From positions 64,001 through 128,000 of the forward strand of contig CAVVYZ010000009.1 of NCBI GenBank assembly GCA_963752595.1: a DNA stretch of 64,000 bases, given 5' to 3'. Below, in pieces: positions 30,527-41,484 of the stretch. The DNA comes from an uncultured delta proteobacterium. GTDB taxonomy: Bacteria > Desulfobacterota > Desulfomonilia > UBA1062. The position numbers and the translations under genes are program-made. Position 1 is the stretch's first letter. Every line of letters starts with the position of its first letter. The notes beneath the pieces were generated by a model, which was given only the letters and a program-made list of their open reading frames with translations, made no database searches and was not told the origin of the DNA.

Positions 30527-31830
30527 GCTGCCTTTCTGACCCAGTGAAATACCTGCCACGACTTGAGGAGATCGAGCCCGTATTTCAGCTGGAAATCATC
30601 CTGGAGAAGCTTGTTCGAAGGCGATTCGTCTATCTTTTTCGTTGGATTTACGGTCTTCGTTTTGACCTTGCCCTGTGGTTCAAGGTGGTCCTTGAGATCC
30701 TTTTCCCGGATAAAGGTCTGGGCCTTCGCATCTTCGGCCTCCGGAACTTTTTGATCCACCCAGATATCGGGCTCGATGCCTGTTGCCTGAATGGATCTCC
30801 CCGAAGGTGTATAGTAGCGGGCAACCGTAAGCTTGAGGGCCGATCCGTCGTTCAGAGGCCGGATGGTCTGGACCGATGCCTTGCCGAAGCTCTTTACCCC
30901 GACCACGACAGCACGCTTGTTGTCCTGCAGTGCGCCTGCCACGATCTCCGCGGCGCTCGCGCTGCCGCCGTTAATGAGAACGACCATGGGAAAATCATCG
31001 AAAGAGCCGTCCTTCCGGGCGCGGTATTCCGTTTTCTCTTCCGGTTTTCTCCCGTCGGTATAGACGATCATCCCGTCGCTCAGGAAGATATCGCTCACTG
31101 CCACGGCCTGATCGAGGAGTCCGCCCGGATTGTACCTCAAGTCGAGAACCAGACCTTTGATCTGACCTATCTTCTCGATCCCCTTCCGGATGTCGTCGGC
31201 AGTATCTACCTGGAAATTCCTTACCTTGATGTATCCATAGCCGGGTTCCAGAATCTCTCCCTTGACGCTTTCAATATGGATCAATGCCCGTGTCAGGGTC
31301 AGATCCAGGGGGCTTTCCAGCTTTTCTCTGAGGATAGTTATCGTCACGTTCGTGCCTTTGGGCCCCCGCAGGAGGTTGACTGCCTCTTCAAGGCCCATAT
31401 CCACTGTTGATTTCCCGTCTATCTTGACGATTTTGTCGCCCGGGATGATTCCTGCATTGAATGCCGGTGTTCCCTCAATGGGTGAGATCACCATCAGGAG
31501 ATTCTCGCGCACTCCGATCTCTATGCCCAGCCCCCCGAACGATCCTGTGGTGCTGATTTGCATCTCTTTGTATCCTTCCTTGGTAAGATAGGAAGAATGT
31601 GGATCGAGGACCGATACCATCCCCTTGATAGCCCCTTCGATGAGCTTCTCCGGAGGAACTTCTTCGACGTAATTTTTTTCAATAATGTTGAGGCAATCGG
31701 TAAATTTCTCGAGCTCGGGGTATATGCCCGAGGCATTCGCGCTCAAGCCCATTGTATAGTTTACTCCCACAATGGCGAGGAAAACCAGTACAACAACCCC
31801 GCCAAGCAAGATGACCTTCTGGATTCTCAT
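30523..31830 (-). CDS. ctpA: S41 carboxy-terminal processing protease
   Basis: LDPHSSY; PDZ FGGLGI; LDLRYNPGGLL; SASAAEIVAGALQD; GKASVQ; YYTPSGRSIQ. Confidence 0.95.
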   Translation of the reverse strand: MRIQKVILLGGVVVLVFLAIVGVNYTMGLSANASGIYPELEKFTDCLNIIEKNYVEEVPPEKLIEGAIKGMVSVLDPHSSYLTKEGYKEMQISTTGSFGGLGIEIGVRENLLMVISPIEGTPAFNAGIIPGDKIVKIDGKSTVDMGLEEAVNLLRGPKGTNVTITILREKLESPLDLTLTRALIHIESVKGEILEPGYGYIKVRNFQVDTADDIRKGIEKIGQIKGLVLDLRYNPGGLLDQAVAVSDIFLSDGMIVYTDGRKPEEKTEYRARKDGSFDDFPMVVLINGGSASAAEIVAGALQDNKRAVVVGVKSFGKASVQTIRPLNDGSALKLTVARYYTPSGRSIQATGIEPDIWVDQKVPEAEDAKAQTFIREKDLKDHLEPQGKVKTKTVNPTKKIDESPSNKLLQDDFQLKYGLDLLKSWQVFHWVRKAA

Positions 31831-31905
31831 ACATTCTCCTGTAGAATTATTCGATACACCCTATGTATCGCCTATATCATAGATAAACTTATGATAAAAT
31901 ATCTA

Positions 31906-33053
31906 CTATTCCTGAATCAGCCAAAGCATGGGGTCCAGAGCCTTCTGGTGAAACCGTACTTCGAAATGGAGTGTGGGTTTGAGAACGCTCCCGCTCTGCC
32001 CTACCCGTGCAATAACCTCCAAAGGAGCCATCTTCTGACCGACTGATTTGGCAGTGTTCTGGAGATGCCCGTATACCGAGTAATACCCGTCTCCGTGATC
32101 TATGATGACGGTGTTCCCATATTTCTCGATCCAGTTGATATATACCACTGTCCCGGCAAAAATGCACCTGACCGGCGCTCCCTCCTGGGTCTCGATATCT
32201 ATCCCTTGAGATTTCTGGAGCACCCCGCCAAGCGTGAACGGTCCGAAACCGCGCATGATCCTGCCTTTCAAAGGCCAGGATAGTTTCCCCTTGTGGATGA
32301 AAAAATCGCCGCTGGAGAGTACAGGCTCCTGAACTTTCTCCTTCTTACCCTTCTTTTCTTTCTTCTTTTTGTCTTTCAGGGACTTTTCCCTCTCCCGCTT
32401 TTCCCTTTCTTTTTTCTCTCTTCCTTCCTCTGGATCTCCTTGAGAAGGTCTTCCACCTGATCCTGATACATCTTCGATTCACTTTTCAGGGAGGAAATGA
32501 GATTCTCTTTTTTCCTTCTCTCCCTTTCAAGATCTTTGGCACTGCCCTGAAGCTCGCTCAGATCCTCATTGAGAAGTACGGCAAGTTCATTGGCCTTCCT
32601 TCTTGTCTCCCCGATGCCTTGCTTAAGCTTCTGATATTCCTGGAGTAGTCCCATATGATGCCTCATCACTGCATTGAGGTATCCGGAATATTTTTCATGA
32701 CCATAATAGATGCTCACCATATCGAGAGAAGCGCTCTTGTAGAGGGTGACCCACTCCTGGCGAATCCTTGCCTGCGCTTTCTCCAGATCGTTCTCATAGA
32801 CACTCATCTTCTTATCGAATGAGGCAATCTGCATCTGTTTTTTTTCGATACTCCCCTTCACCCTCACTGTCCTGTCCTGGATCCTCGATATCTCCTCGTC
32901 CATATATCTGAGCTTCTTCTCTTCGGAAAGATATACTCCCTCGACTTCCTTGGCCTTCCTGGTCAACTCCTTGAGCTTTACGAACGGATCGTCGACTGCC
33001 CTCGTAACGAGGGGGCTCAAGAGGAAGAGGATTGAGAACAGGATTCTACCCAT
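31906..33053 (-). CDS. envC: Murein hydrolase activator EnvC / M23 family (frameshift in Lys-rich linker near 32376)
   Basis: Signal peptide plus coiled coil (32376..33053); M23 domain GIDI...YGNTVIIDHG...LHFEVR (31906..32271). Confidence 0.85.
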
Positions 33054-33924
33054 CGATGCTTTGCTTGATTGCGAGATGTGCTCCGAGAAGGCTCAAAAGG
33101 CACGAGAAAGCAACAATGGAGACACTCTCCCTGAAAGGCAGCACGGTAAGGATTCCCTGAAGGACCGGTGCACGTGAAGTAATCGAGATTACGGCCCATT
33201 CGGTGAAGGCAAGCGCTGCCAGCGCTCCTCCCACCCCATAGGCGAGGGCTTCCATGAGATAGGGTGCGTAGAGGAATGAGGTTTGCGCCCCGAGGAGGTT
33301 GAGGACCTCTATTTCCTCCCGTCTCGAAACGATGCTGACACGGATGGAAAGGAATACGACAAGCGAGAGCGATACGATGACGATCAGCGCGATTACCCCT
33401 CCTGAAATGAGAATAGACTGGTATGCATCGGCAATATACCCCAGAATGCCTTTGTCATACCGGACATCTTCTACACCCGAAATCCCGTGTACCCTTTGTG
33501 CTATTCCTTCTATCTTTCCTGCATAGAAGGGCTTTACCGTGATCTCAAACGCATCGGGAAGGACATTTGGATCGAGGCCTTCTATCAGGGGGTTATCCGA
33601 TCCCATCCACTGCTTCAGACGGTCAAGGCCTCCCTGCCTGGGAATGAAGACAACGCCCTGGACCTCATCCATGACCGAGATCTTTGCCTTGATCCCATCG
33701 ATAACTCGGTCCTGCCGGGCTCCTGCCACGTACGCAATCATGGTACTCGTAGTACCACGGAGCGTCTTCACCTGCTTTGCGATCACGACCGTATGAAGGA
33801 CAAGGATGAGCTGGCACAGCGCAAACCACCACGCTATGAAGGTGAAGAGGCTGCCCAATGGCCTCCTGCGTATCCCCCTGAACAGCAGTTTAAGGATATA
33901 AAGGCTTCTGATCATGGAGCTCAC
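33046..33924 (-). CDS. ftsX: Cell division permease FtsX
   Basis: 4-TM topology; NVLPDAFEI; RREEIEVLNLLGA; lies between ftsE and envC. Confidence 0.88.
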   Translation of the reverse strand: MSSMIRSLYILKLLFRGIRRRPLGSLFTFIAWWFALCQLILVLHTVVIAKQVKTLRGTTSTMIAYVAGARQDRVIDGIKAKISVMDEVQGVVFIPRQGGLDRLKQWMGSDNPLIEGLDPNVLPDAFEITVKPFYAGKIEGIAQRVHGISGVEDVRYDKGILGYIADAYQSILISGGVIALIVIVSLSLVVFLSIRVSIVSRREEIEVLNLLGAQTSFLYAPYLMEALAYGVGGALAALAFTEWAVISITSRAPVLQGILTVLPFRESVSIVAFSCLLSLLGAHLAIKQSIDG

Positions 33925-34574
33925 CTTTTTGCGATCATGCCTTTTTCAAGGGTGATGATCCGGGCGAAATCTATGAGGGGGTCCTCTCGGTGGCTTGCTA
34001 TGAGCATGGTTATTCCCTTCTTGTGGAGCTTGTAGAACATGTTCATGACGTGCCGTGCAGTTGTTTCGTCAAGGCTGCCGACCGGCTCGTCTGCCAGTAG
34101 AACGTCCGGGTCGTGGATGATTGCCCTGATTATTGACAGGAGCTGTTTTTCTCCCCCCGAAAGGTCTCCGGCCCGTTCATAAATCTTGTGCTGAAGCCCG
34201 ACCCATTTGAGCATCTGCCAGACACGGTTTCTGATGTACCCGGCAGATTTTCCCAGGATCTCCAGGATGACTGCGGCGTTATCATAAACGGTCCAGTCTT
34301 CTATGAGGCGGTAGTCCTGGAATACAAAGCCCATATGCCTCCTGAGAGCCTGGATTCCGGATCTGCTCATTCCGGCGATGTACCTGTCGTGGAGAGATAC
34401 TTTCCCGTTCGTAGGCTCGTCAAGGGCATAGATCATCTTCAGGAGGGTCGTCTTGCCTGCCCCTGAAGGGCCGAGGATAAAACAGCACTCGCCCTTCGGG
34501 ATCTGAAAAGAAACGTCCCGGAGTGCGGTTACATTATCGTGGTAGGTTTTCGTTACCCCTTCAAGAACTATCAT
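33921..34574 (-). CDS. ftsE: Cell division ATP-binding protein FtsE
   Basis: GPSGAGKTT; VFQDYRL; LSGGEKQ; LLADEP. Confidence 0.9.
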   Translation of the reverse strand: MIVLEGVTKTYHDNVTALRDVSFQIPKGECCFILGPSGAGKTTLLKMIYALDEPTNGKVSLHDRYIAGMSRSGIQALRRHMGFVFQDYRLIEDWTVYDNAAVILEILGKSAGYIRNRVWQMLKWVGLQHKIYERAGDLSGGEKQLLSIIRAIIHDPDVLLADEPVGSLDETTARHVMNMFYKLHKKGITMLIASHREDPLIDFARIITLEKGMIAKR

Positions 34575-34633
34575 CTCGTATCCGAATTCTTTCTTGCCTG
34601 ATTCTTGTCTTTGCGCGCCGGGACAGCCCCAGG

Positions 34634-35062
34634 TTACGAGAATCTCTGCTTGATCTCGATGAGGAGATCGATGTCGGCGGAAAGATAGTCGATGCTCTTG
34701 GCAAGGGATGGATGCTCTCCTGCAAGAGAGGCTGCTTCGATCATCAGGTACCGCAGTTCCATGATCTCCTTGTCTAGCAGTCCCAGCACCCTTGCTACCT
34801 GGGCGTCTGCCAGTTCGACCGTCTCCTCGGGGAGATGATGCTCGTCGCACTTGGATGCTTTCTCTTTCGGCCCGATCATCCCGAGCAGGACATCCGGAGA
34901 TATCTCAAGGGCGCCGGAGATCTTGTCTATGACCTTTCTGCTCGGTCTCTTCGGCGGGGTACACTCGTAGAGTGAAATAGTCTTAGATGAAACACCGCTT
35001 TTATCGGCAAGCTGTTCCATGGTCAATCCCTTCGATTTTCGAATACTTCGCAAATCGCTCAC
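34634..35062 (-). CDS. XRE-family HTH transcriptional regulator
   Basis: LRSIRKSKGLTMEQLADKSGVSSKTISLYE; helical C-terminus; GGAGG SD. Confidence 0.85.
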   Translation of the reverse strand: MSDLRSIRKSKGLTMEQLADKSGVSSKTISLYECTPPKRPSRKVIDKISGALEISPDVLLGMIGPKEKASKCDEHHLPEETVELADAQVARVLGLLDKEIMELRYLMIEAASLAGEHPSLAKSIDYLSADIDLLIEIKQRFS

Positions 35063-35172
35063 TTCATACCCCTCCTGTGAATGGTATCATCGATTACCCG
35101 TGTCGCATTATTATCCCATTTTGCCTGTTACACAATACCCTTTTCTCACCACTCTCCCAACCTCCAGACTAT

Positions 35173-35187
35173 TGGTATGGTTTTCGC
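35173..35187 (+). promoter_or_regulatory. Sigma-54 promoter of the flhB operon
   Basis: TGGTATGGTTTTCGC with GG and GC at correct -24/-12 spacing, 12 nt before the flhB ATG. Confidence 0.6.
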
Positions 35188-35199
35188 AAGCTATCCCCC

Positions 35200-36276
35200 A
35201 TGGCCAAGGAGAATGACAGCGGTCAAGAGCGAAGCGAACAACCGAGCGGCAAGCGATTACAAGAATCCAGAGATAAAGGACAAGTCAGCAAAAGCGTTGA
35301 AGTTTCAACGTGTTTTCTCTTCATAGCAACAGTGATCTCCTTTTATTTCTATATCCCTTCGGTGGCATCGCGGCTCAGCCGCGTCATGAGCTACTATCTT
35401 GGTAATACAGAAATGTGGGACGGCACCCGCGACTCGCTGGTTACGCTCTTCAGCCAGGCGGTATTCCAGCTCGGCATTATGCTGCTGCCCATCCTGGCAG
35501 TTTTCCTTGCAGTCGGGATAGCGTCAAATATCCTGCAGATCGGTTTTGTCTTCAGCGGCGAAACCCTGATCCCCAAGTTCTCCAAACTCAACCCGATCAC
35601 CGGGTTCAAAAACAAGTTTTTTTCTGTGAGAAGCTTGGAAATGCTTATTAAAAACGTTGTTATTATATCCGTCATCGGATGGGTCGGCTACCGGGCGATC
35701 AAACGGGAAATCGCAATTTTTCCCCCGCTCATGAGCAGCGAGGTATCCGTCATAGTATTGACATTATTCCAGTCGTCAATGCGCCTCCTCTGGGATTTCC
35801 TCTGGATTTTCGTCATTATCGCGCTCGCAGACTATGTCTATCAGAAATGGCAGCACACCCAGGACCTGATGATGTCCAAACAGGAAGTAAAGGAAGAACA
35901 CAAGCAAACCGAGGGCAACCCAATCATCAAGAGCAGGATACGATCCATCCAGATCCATATGGCCAGGAGGAGGATGATGAAGGAAGTGCCGAAAGCAGAC
36001 GTCATCATCACCAACCCGACCCATCTGGCAATCGCCCTGAAATACGAGAGGGGCAAGATGATAGCGCCAGTGGTCCTTGCAAAAGGCGCAGGAATCCTTG
36101 CGGAGAAGATCAAGGAAATAGCCCGGTCATCCCGCATATCTATAGTCGAAGACAAACCATTGGCACAGGCCTTGTATAAAACCGTAGAGATCGGGGATGC
36201 TATCCCCGAGGAGTGGTACAGAGCAGTGGCGGAAATTTTGGCATATGTCTACAGGTTGAAAGCAGGTGTGAGATAA
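35200..36276 (+). CDS. flhB: Flagellar export protein FlhB
   Basis: ERSEQPSGKRL...GQVSKS; EGNPIIKSRIR; NPTH autocleavage motif. Confidence 0.97.
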   Translation: MAKENDSGQERSEQPSGKRLQESRDKGQVSKSVEVSTCFLFIATVISFYFYIPSVASRLSRVMSYYLGNTEMWDGTRDSLVTLFSQAVFQLGIMLLPILAVFLAVGIASNILQIGFVFSGETLIPKFSKLNPITGFKNKFFSVRSLEMLIKNVVIISVIGWVGYRAIKREIAIFPPLMSSEVSVIVLTLFQSSMRLLWDFLWIFVIIALADYVYQKWQHTQDLMMSKQEVKEEHKQTEGNPIIKSRIRSIQIHMARRRMMKEVPKADVIITNPTHLAIALKYERGKMIAPVVLAKGAGILAEKIKEIARSSRISIVEDKPLAQALYKTVEIGDAIPEEWYRAVAEILAYVYRLKAGVR

Positions 36277-38346
36277 ATGGCAGCAAGAGAAACCCTCCCC
36301 TTCGACATGGATCATAATGTCTTGAGCGACATTGTGATGGCTGTCGGCGTCCTCCTCGTTCTGGTAATCGTCCTCATCCCCCTCCCCACCTTTATCCTCG
36401 ACGTGCTGCTCACCTTCAGCATCACCCTGGGGATAATCATCCTCATGGTGAGCATGTATACAACCAATCCCTTGAATTTTTCCGTTTTCCCGTCTCTGCT
36501 CCTGGTCGTTACACTCTTCCGGCTAGCGCTCAATATCGCATCAACGAGGCTGATACTCTTAAACGGCTCCGAAGGCGAACTTGCTGCAGGAAAGGTGATC
36601 CATGCCTTCGGCCAATTCGTGGTCGGCGGAAGTTATGTCGTAGGCTTCGTGGTTTTCTCCATCTTCGTCATCATCAATTTTGTCGTTATCACCAAGGGTG
36701 CAACCCGCATCGGCGAGGTTACCGCACGGTTCACCCTGGATGCCATGCCGGGCAAGCAGATGGCTATCGATGCAGACCTCAACGCAGGAATGATCACGGA
36801 AATCCAAGCACGCGACCGGAGAGATCTTATCCAGAGAGAGGCCGAGTTTTACGGGGCAATGGACGGTGCCACCAAGTTCGTGCGGGGAGATGCCATTGCA
36901 GGGATCATCATCGTTTTCGTCAACATCATGGGCGGGATCATCATAGGCGTCCTCCAGCACAAGATGGCCTTTGCCGAAGCCTTGACCACATACACCACAC
37001 TGACCATCGGCGACGGTCTCATCTCCCAGATACCGGCCCTTGTCATCTCTTCTGCAGCCGGCATCATCGTGACCCAGTCCGCAGCGGATAAATCCATCGG
37101 CAAGCTGCTCTCAGAGCAACTCGCATTCCAGCCCCTGGCGTTATTCTCCGCATCAGGAATCATCTTCTTACTCGGACTCGTTCCCGGAATGCCGCATATC
37201 CCGTTCCTGTCCATGGCAGCTATCATGGGCGGCATTGCATGGATAAGCCTCCGGTTTAAAAAGGATGAGGAGGTTAAGGAAGAGGCCCCGCAGGAAGAAG
37301 AGGCCTCTGCAGAGGTACTCCTCACAACAGATGTCCTGGAATTCGAAATCGGATACGGGCTCATCCCCATGGTGGATACGTCCTCGGGCGGTGAACTTTT
37401 GACGCGTATCAAGGGAATGCGACGAACGATTGCCGCTGAGCTCGGGGTCATTGTTCCCCCTATCCATGTCAGGGACAACCTGGACCTCAAGCCCAACGAA
37501 TACAAGCTCATGCTCAAGGGTTCCGATATCGCACGATCTGAAGCCATGGTTGACAGGCTGATGCTGCTGAATCCCGAAGAGGTCAAGATCGATATCCCCG
37601 GCATTCCGGTCAAAGAGCCTGCCTTCGGGCTGCCGGGCCTGTGGATCAAAAAGGCCGACAGCGAGAGAGCTCAGCTTGCCGGTCTTACCGTAGTCGATCC
37701 GTCAACGGTTATCGCGACCCACCTTACCGAGGCTATCAAGAGCAATTCCCATGAACTCCTCGGCAGGCAGGAACTCCAGGCAATCCTGGATACGGTATCG
37801 CGGTCCCACCCGAAGGTTGTAGATGACCTCATCCCTGCTACGCTCCCCGCGGGTACGGTATTACGGGTGCTCAAGAACCTCCTGAAAGAGAAGGTCTCCA
37901 TCAAGAATATCCTCACCATATTCGAGACACTGGCAGATTTCGGTCCTGTAACGAAAGATCCCGACATTTTGACGGAGTACGTCAGACAAGCCCTCATGAG
38001 GATCATCTCGAAACCATATATTCAGAACAACACGATCAAGGTGCTGGCTCTGGATCCCGCTATAGACGGAATGATATCGCACTCGATCCAGCATACGGAA
38101 CATGGCTCGTATCTTGCACTAGAACCAGAGAAATCTAACAAGATTCTCATGACTTTGAACAAGGAGGTCAACAGCGTGGGCAAGCAGGGACTGGTTCCGA
38201 TCTTACTGACATCACCGGTAAGCAGGGCATATATGAAGCGACTCACCGAGCGCTATATGCCCGACCTCGTGGTCCTGTCCCATAATGAGATCCCCCCTGA
38301 CATAACCATAAAAAACCTCGGAATGGTAAGGGTCGATGCAAATTAA
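36277..38346 (+). CDS. flhA: Flagellar export protein FlhA
   Basis: ARFTLDAMPGKQMAIDADL; FYGAMDGA.KFVRGDAIAG. Confidence 0.98.
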   Translation: MAARETLPFDMDHNVLSDIVMAVGVLLVLVIVLIPLPTFILDVLLTFSITLGIIILMVSMYTTNPLNFSVFPSLLLVVTLFRLALNIASTRLILLNGSEGELAAGKVIHAFGQFVVGGSYVVGFVVFSIFVIINFVVITKGATRIGEVTARFTLDAMPGKQMAIDADLNAGMITEIQARDRRDLIQREAEFYGAMDGATKFVRGDAIAGIIIVFVNIMGGIIIGVLQHKMAFAEALTTYTTLTIGDGLISQIPALVISSAAGIIVTQSAADKSIGKLLSEQLAFQPLALFSASGIIFLLGLVPGMPHIPFLSMAAIMGGIAWISLRFKKDEEVKEEAPQEEEASAEVLLTTDVLEFEIGYGLIPMVDTSSGGELLTRIKGMRRTIAAELGVIVPPIHVRDNLDLKPNEYKLMLKGSDIARSEAMVDRLMLLNPEEVKIDIPGIPVKEPAFGLPGLWIKKADSERAQLAGLTVVDPSTVIATHLTEAIKSNSHELLGRQELQAILDTVSRSHPKVVDDLIPATLPAGTVLRVLKNLLKEKVSIKNILTIFETLADFGPVTKDPDILTEYVRQALMRIISKPYIQNNTIKVLALDPAIDGMISHSIQHTEHGSYLALEPEKSNKILMTLNKEVNSVGKQGLVPILLTSPVSRAYMKRLTERYMPDLVVLSHNEIPPDITIKNLGMVRVDAN

Positions 38347-39403
38347 AACATACACTGCAAGCTCCATGAAGGACATCCTCTCCCGGATCAAGAGTGAGCT
38401 GGGTTCTGATGCAGTGATCCTCTCCAAGCGCGAGATCGCTGACACGAATTTCGGTCTGGCGGCAAAAACCATGATCGAGGTCACTGCCGCTGTGGACTAT
38501 GACGCCGGCGCCCACGAGAAAATGGCGAAAACGGAAGATATTTCCGCTTTAAGGAAGTTTCCCATAAACAGTTCGTCCCAGCCCGATGCCCTTTCAAACG
38601 AGATCATCGAGCTAAAAGAAATGATGAAGGAGCTGATAGCCCATACAGGGGTTTCGCTCCACAACGGCAACCCCGTGAGGAAGAAGCTCGTATCCCAGGG
38701 AATCAGGCCCAATCTTGCAGATCTCTTGCTCTCCAAGATAGGCCAGGGGGCGAATGAGCACTCGGTCAAGGATCTCCTGGGCAAGATCATCCAAACGGAT
38801 AGACCTGTCGGGAACAAGGTATGGGCCTTCGTGGGAACAACCGGAGTAGGTAAGACCACGACAATCGCCAAGATCGCTGCCCGATGCGTGCTCAACGAGA
38901 ATAAGAAGGCCGGGCTTATCACTCTGGATACCTACCGGATCGGCGCCATTGACCAGGGAAGGATCTACGCCAAGATACTGAATATTCCCTTCCTGTCCGT
39001 CACAACGGCATCGGAGTTCAGGACGGCGCTCGCGAAGCTCGAGTCCATGTCCATGGATCTGATCCTTGTGGATACGGTAGGAAGATCGCCCTTGTGCAGA
39101 GACTACATCCCTCAGCTCAAGCAGTATTTCGGCGGGATCAACCCATGCACCTTCCTGCTCATGCCGGTAGCTACAAGGGATACCGAGATGGATACCATAA
39201 CCAAATCTTTCTCGGAACTGAATATCGACCGTATGATATTCACCAAGGTCGATGAGGCAATACATTCAGGATCAATCATTACCCATAATCTTCTCTACAG
39301 GATCCCCATCTCGTTCCTCACCACTGGCCAGAGGGTTCCGGAAGATATCGAGGAAGCGTCTGCGTCAACGATCACAGAAAGATGTCTCGGAGATATATCA
39401 TGA
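38336..39403 (+). CDS. flhF: Flagellar GTPase FlhF
   Basis: ELGSDAVIL; GTTGVGKTTTIAK; DTYRIGA; TKVDE; GQRVPEDI. Confidence 0.95.
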   Translation: MQIKTYTASSMKDILSRIKSELGSDAVILSKREIADTNFGLAAKTMIEVTAAVDYDAGAHEKMAKTEDISALRKFPINSSSQPDALSNEIIELKEMMKELIAHTGVSLHNGNPVRKKLVSQGIRPNLADLLLSKIGQGANEHSVKDLLGKIIQTDRPVGNKVWAFVGTTGVGKTTTIAKIAARCVLNENKKAGLITLDTYRIGAIDQGRIYAKILNIPFLSVTTASEFRTALAKLESMSMDLILVDTVGRSPLCRDYIPQLKQYFGGINPCTFLLMPVATRDTEMDTITKSFSELNIDRMIFTKVDEAIHSGSIITHNLLYRIPISFLTTGQRVPEDIEEASASTITERCLGDIS

Positions 39404-40302
39404 AAGATCAAGCACATACATTAAGGAGGATCTTCGAGGGAGGCGGCAGCCAGAACTACCCGCAAGTGCTGTCGGTCACTTCGGGAAAAGGGGGCGTCGG
39501 GAAAACGAGCATCGTCGTCAATATGGCCATCATTCTCGCCTCAAAGGGGAAAAAGGTCCTCGTCCTCGATGCAGATTTAGGGCTTGCCAATATCGATGTC
39601 ATGCTCGGCCTCGCACCGAAGTACAATATACAGCATGTCCTGGAGGGGCAGTGCCTCCTGGAAGACATCATCCTGGAAGGACCCAAGGGGATCAAGATCA
39701 TCCCGGCTTCATCGGGCATCCAGGAGCTTGTGGATCTCACCCCCGAACAGCAGATCTGCCTGATGAACTCTCTGGATTATTTCGACCAGGATATCGACTA
39801 CATGATCATCGATACAGGCGCAGGGATCTCGAAGAACGTCATGTACTTCAATACCGCGGCGCAGCGGATTCTCGTCGTGTGCACCGGGGAGCCGACCTCC
39901 ATTACCGATGCATACGCGCTCATCAAGGTTTTGAGAAAGCAATACGGGGTCAAGCACTTTGACCTCATCGTGAATAACATTTCTTCCAAAGTGGAAGGAG
40001 ACCAAGTGGCAAGGCAGTTAACTTTGGTATGTGAGAGGTTTTTAGGGGATGTTGCCCTTGAAGTACTCGGATCCATTCCAACGGACAAAAGCATTCCCGA
40101 GTGCATCAAAGGGCAAAAGGCATTTGTCGGAGTCCATCCGAACGGGGAGGCAGCGGTCCGTCTGGAGAGAATCGTGAGCCGCCTTGAACACACATCGCGA
40201 GACTCGAACAGCGGGAATCTTCAATTTTTCCTCCGCAGGATGTTACTCAACCAAGTGAAGGGGTCGAACCATGCAGGACATAGCATTTCCGGATCTTACT
40301 GA
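39400..40302 (+). CDS. flhG: Flagellar number regulator FlhG/FleN
   Basis: DQA N-terminal motif; SGKGGVGKT; DADLGLAN; EPTSITDAYALIK. Confidence 0.95.
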   Translation: MKDQAHTLRRIFEGGGSQNYPQVLSVTSGKGGVGKTSIVVNMAIILASKGKKVLVLDADLGLANIDVMLGLAPKYNIQHVLEGQCLLEDIILEGPKGIKIIPASSGIQELVDLTPEQQICLMNSLDYFDQDIDYMIIDTGAGISKNVMYFNTAAQRILVVCTGEPTSITDAYALIKVLRKQYGVKHFDLIVNNISSKVEGDQVARQLTLVCERFLGDVALEVLGSIPTDKSIPECIKGQKAFVGVHPNGEAAVRLERIVSRLEHTSRDSNSGNLQFFLRRMLLNQVKGSNHAGHSISGSY

Positions 40303-41041
40303 AGAACAGAAACTCAACCCGAAGGTCAGGGCAAAGGTGATCAACGAGTTCTCACCGTTGATCAAGTACATAGCCAGCCGCATAGCGATCCGGCTTCCCC
40401 CTCACATCGACCTGAACGATCTCATCAACGCAGGGGTGATAGGGCTCATCGACGCCATCGAGAAATTCGATGCCTCAAAGCAGATCAAGTTCAAGACCTA
40501 TGCGGAGTTCAGGATCCGCGGCGCAATACTCGATGAATTGCGCTCCATGGATTGGGTGCCAAGGTCGGTGAGGCAGAAGGCCCGCAAGGTGGAAGACGCC
40601 TATGCAAGGCTCGAATATGCCCTTGGCCGGCCTGCAAAAGACGAAGAGGTGGCCAACGAGATGAAGATCGATATCGACAGTTTCCACAAGCTCCTTTCGG
40701 AAACGGCATCGGTATCGCTCCTGAGCCTGGACGACCTTGGCGAAGATGATTCCGACGTCTCAAAGAGAAACCTCCTGGAGTTCATCCTTCAGGATGAAAA
40801 GGAATGGCCCTCGCATAAGCTCAGATATGCGGAAGTCCGGGAAATAGTTGCCAAGGGGATCCTCTCGCTGCCGGAAAAGGAGCGGATGGTTATCTCATTG
40901 TATTATTACGACGAGCTGACCATGAAGGAGATTGGCCATGTGCTTAAATTTACTGAATCAAGGGTCTCCCAGATTCATACCAAGGCAGTCTTGAGGCTCA
41001 GATCAAAGATGCAGAAGCTTTTTAAAGAGATCAAGGCGTAA
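40271..41041 (+). CDS. fliA: Flagellar sigma factor sigma-28
   Basis: [21 protein letters not shown]; [13 protein letters not shown]; ESRVSQIH. Confidence 0.97.
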   Translation: MQDIAFPDLTEEQKLNPKVRAKVINEFSPLIKYIASRIAIRLPPHIDLNDLINAGVIGLIDAIEKFDASKQIKFKTYAEFRIRGAILDELRSMDWVPRSVRQKARKVEDAYARLEYALGRPAKDEEVANEMKIDIDSFHKLLSETASVSLLSLDDLGEDDSDVSKRNLLEFILQDEKEWPSHKLRYAEVREIVAKGILSLPEKERMVISLYYYDELTMKEIGHVLKFTESRVSQIHTKAVLRLRSKMQKLFKEIKA

Positions 41042-41091
41042 AGATTTACGCGCGATTGTTCGATTATGTGAAAAAGACCCTGGAGGCAACT

Positions 41092-41475
41092 ATGGCGGTT
41101 GATAAAAATATGAAAATCCTTGTTGTTGATGATTTCTCAACGATGCGCCGGATTGTGAAAAACATCTTGAGACAGCTGAACTTCAATAACATCATTGAAG
41201 CCGACGACGGGTCCACTGCCCTCGATACTCTCCAGAGGGAGAAGATCGACATGGTAGTCTCCGACTGGAACATGCCGAAAATGACGGGATTGGAACTCCT
41301 CAAGGCCATCCGGTCGGACGATGCCCTGAAAGACATCCCCTTTCTTATGGTAACGGCAGAGGCCCAACAGGAGAATATCATCGAGGCGGTGAAGTCAGGG
41401 GTGAGCAATTATATCGTGAAACCTTTTACCGCCGAGACGCTCGGCCAGAAAATAAACCAGATCTTCAGCAAGTAG
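41092..41475 (+). CDS. cheY: Chemotaxis response regulator CheY
   Basis: [16 protein letters not shown]; SDWNMPKM; VTAEA; YIVKPF. Confidence 0.96.
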   Translation: MAVDKNMKILVVDDFSTMRRIVKNILRQLNFNNIIEADDGSTALDTLQREKIDMVVSDWNMPKMTGLELLKAIRSDDALKDIPFLMVTAEAQQENIIEAVKSGVSNYIVKPFTAETLGQKINQIFSK

Positions 41476-41484
41476 GGGGGAAAC

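Noticed and set aside
32330-32430. Purine-rich low-complexity tract as a repeat array or programmed frameshift
   Set aside because: It encodes the Lys/Glu linker of EnvC, and the frame break is best explained as a homopolymer error.
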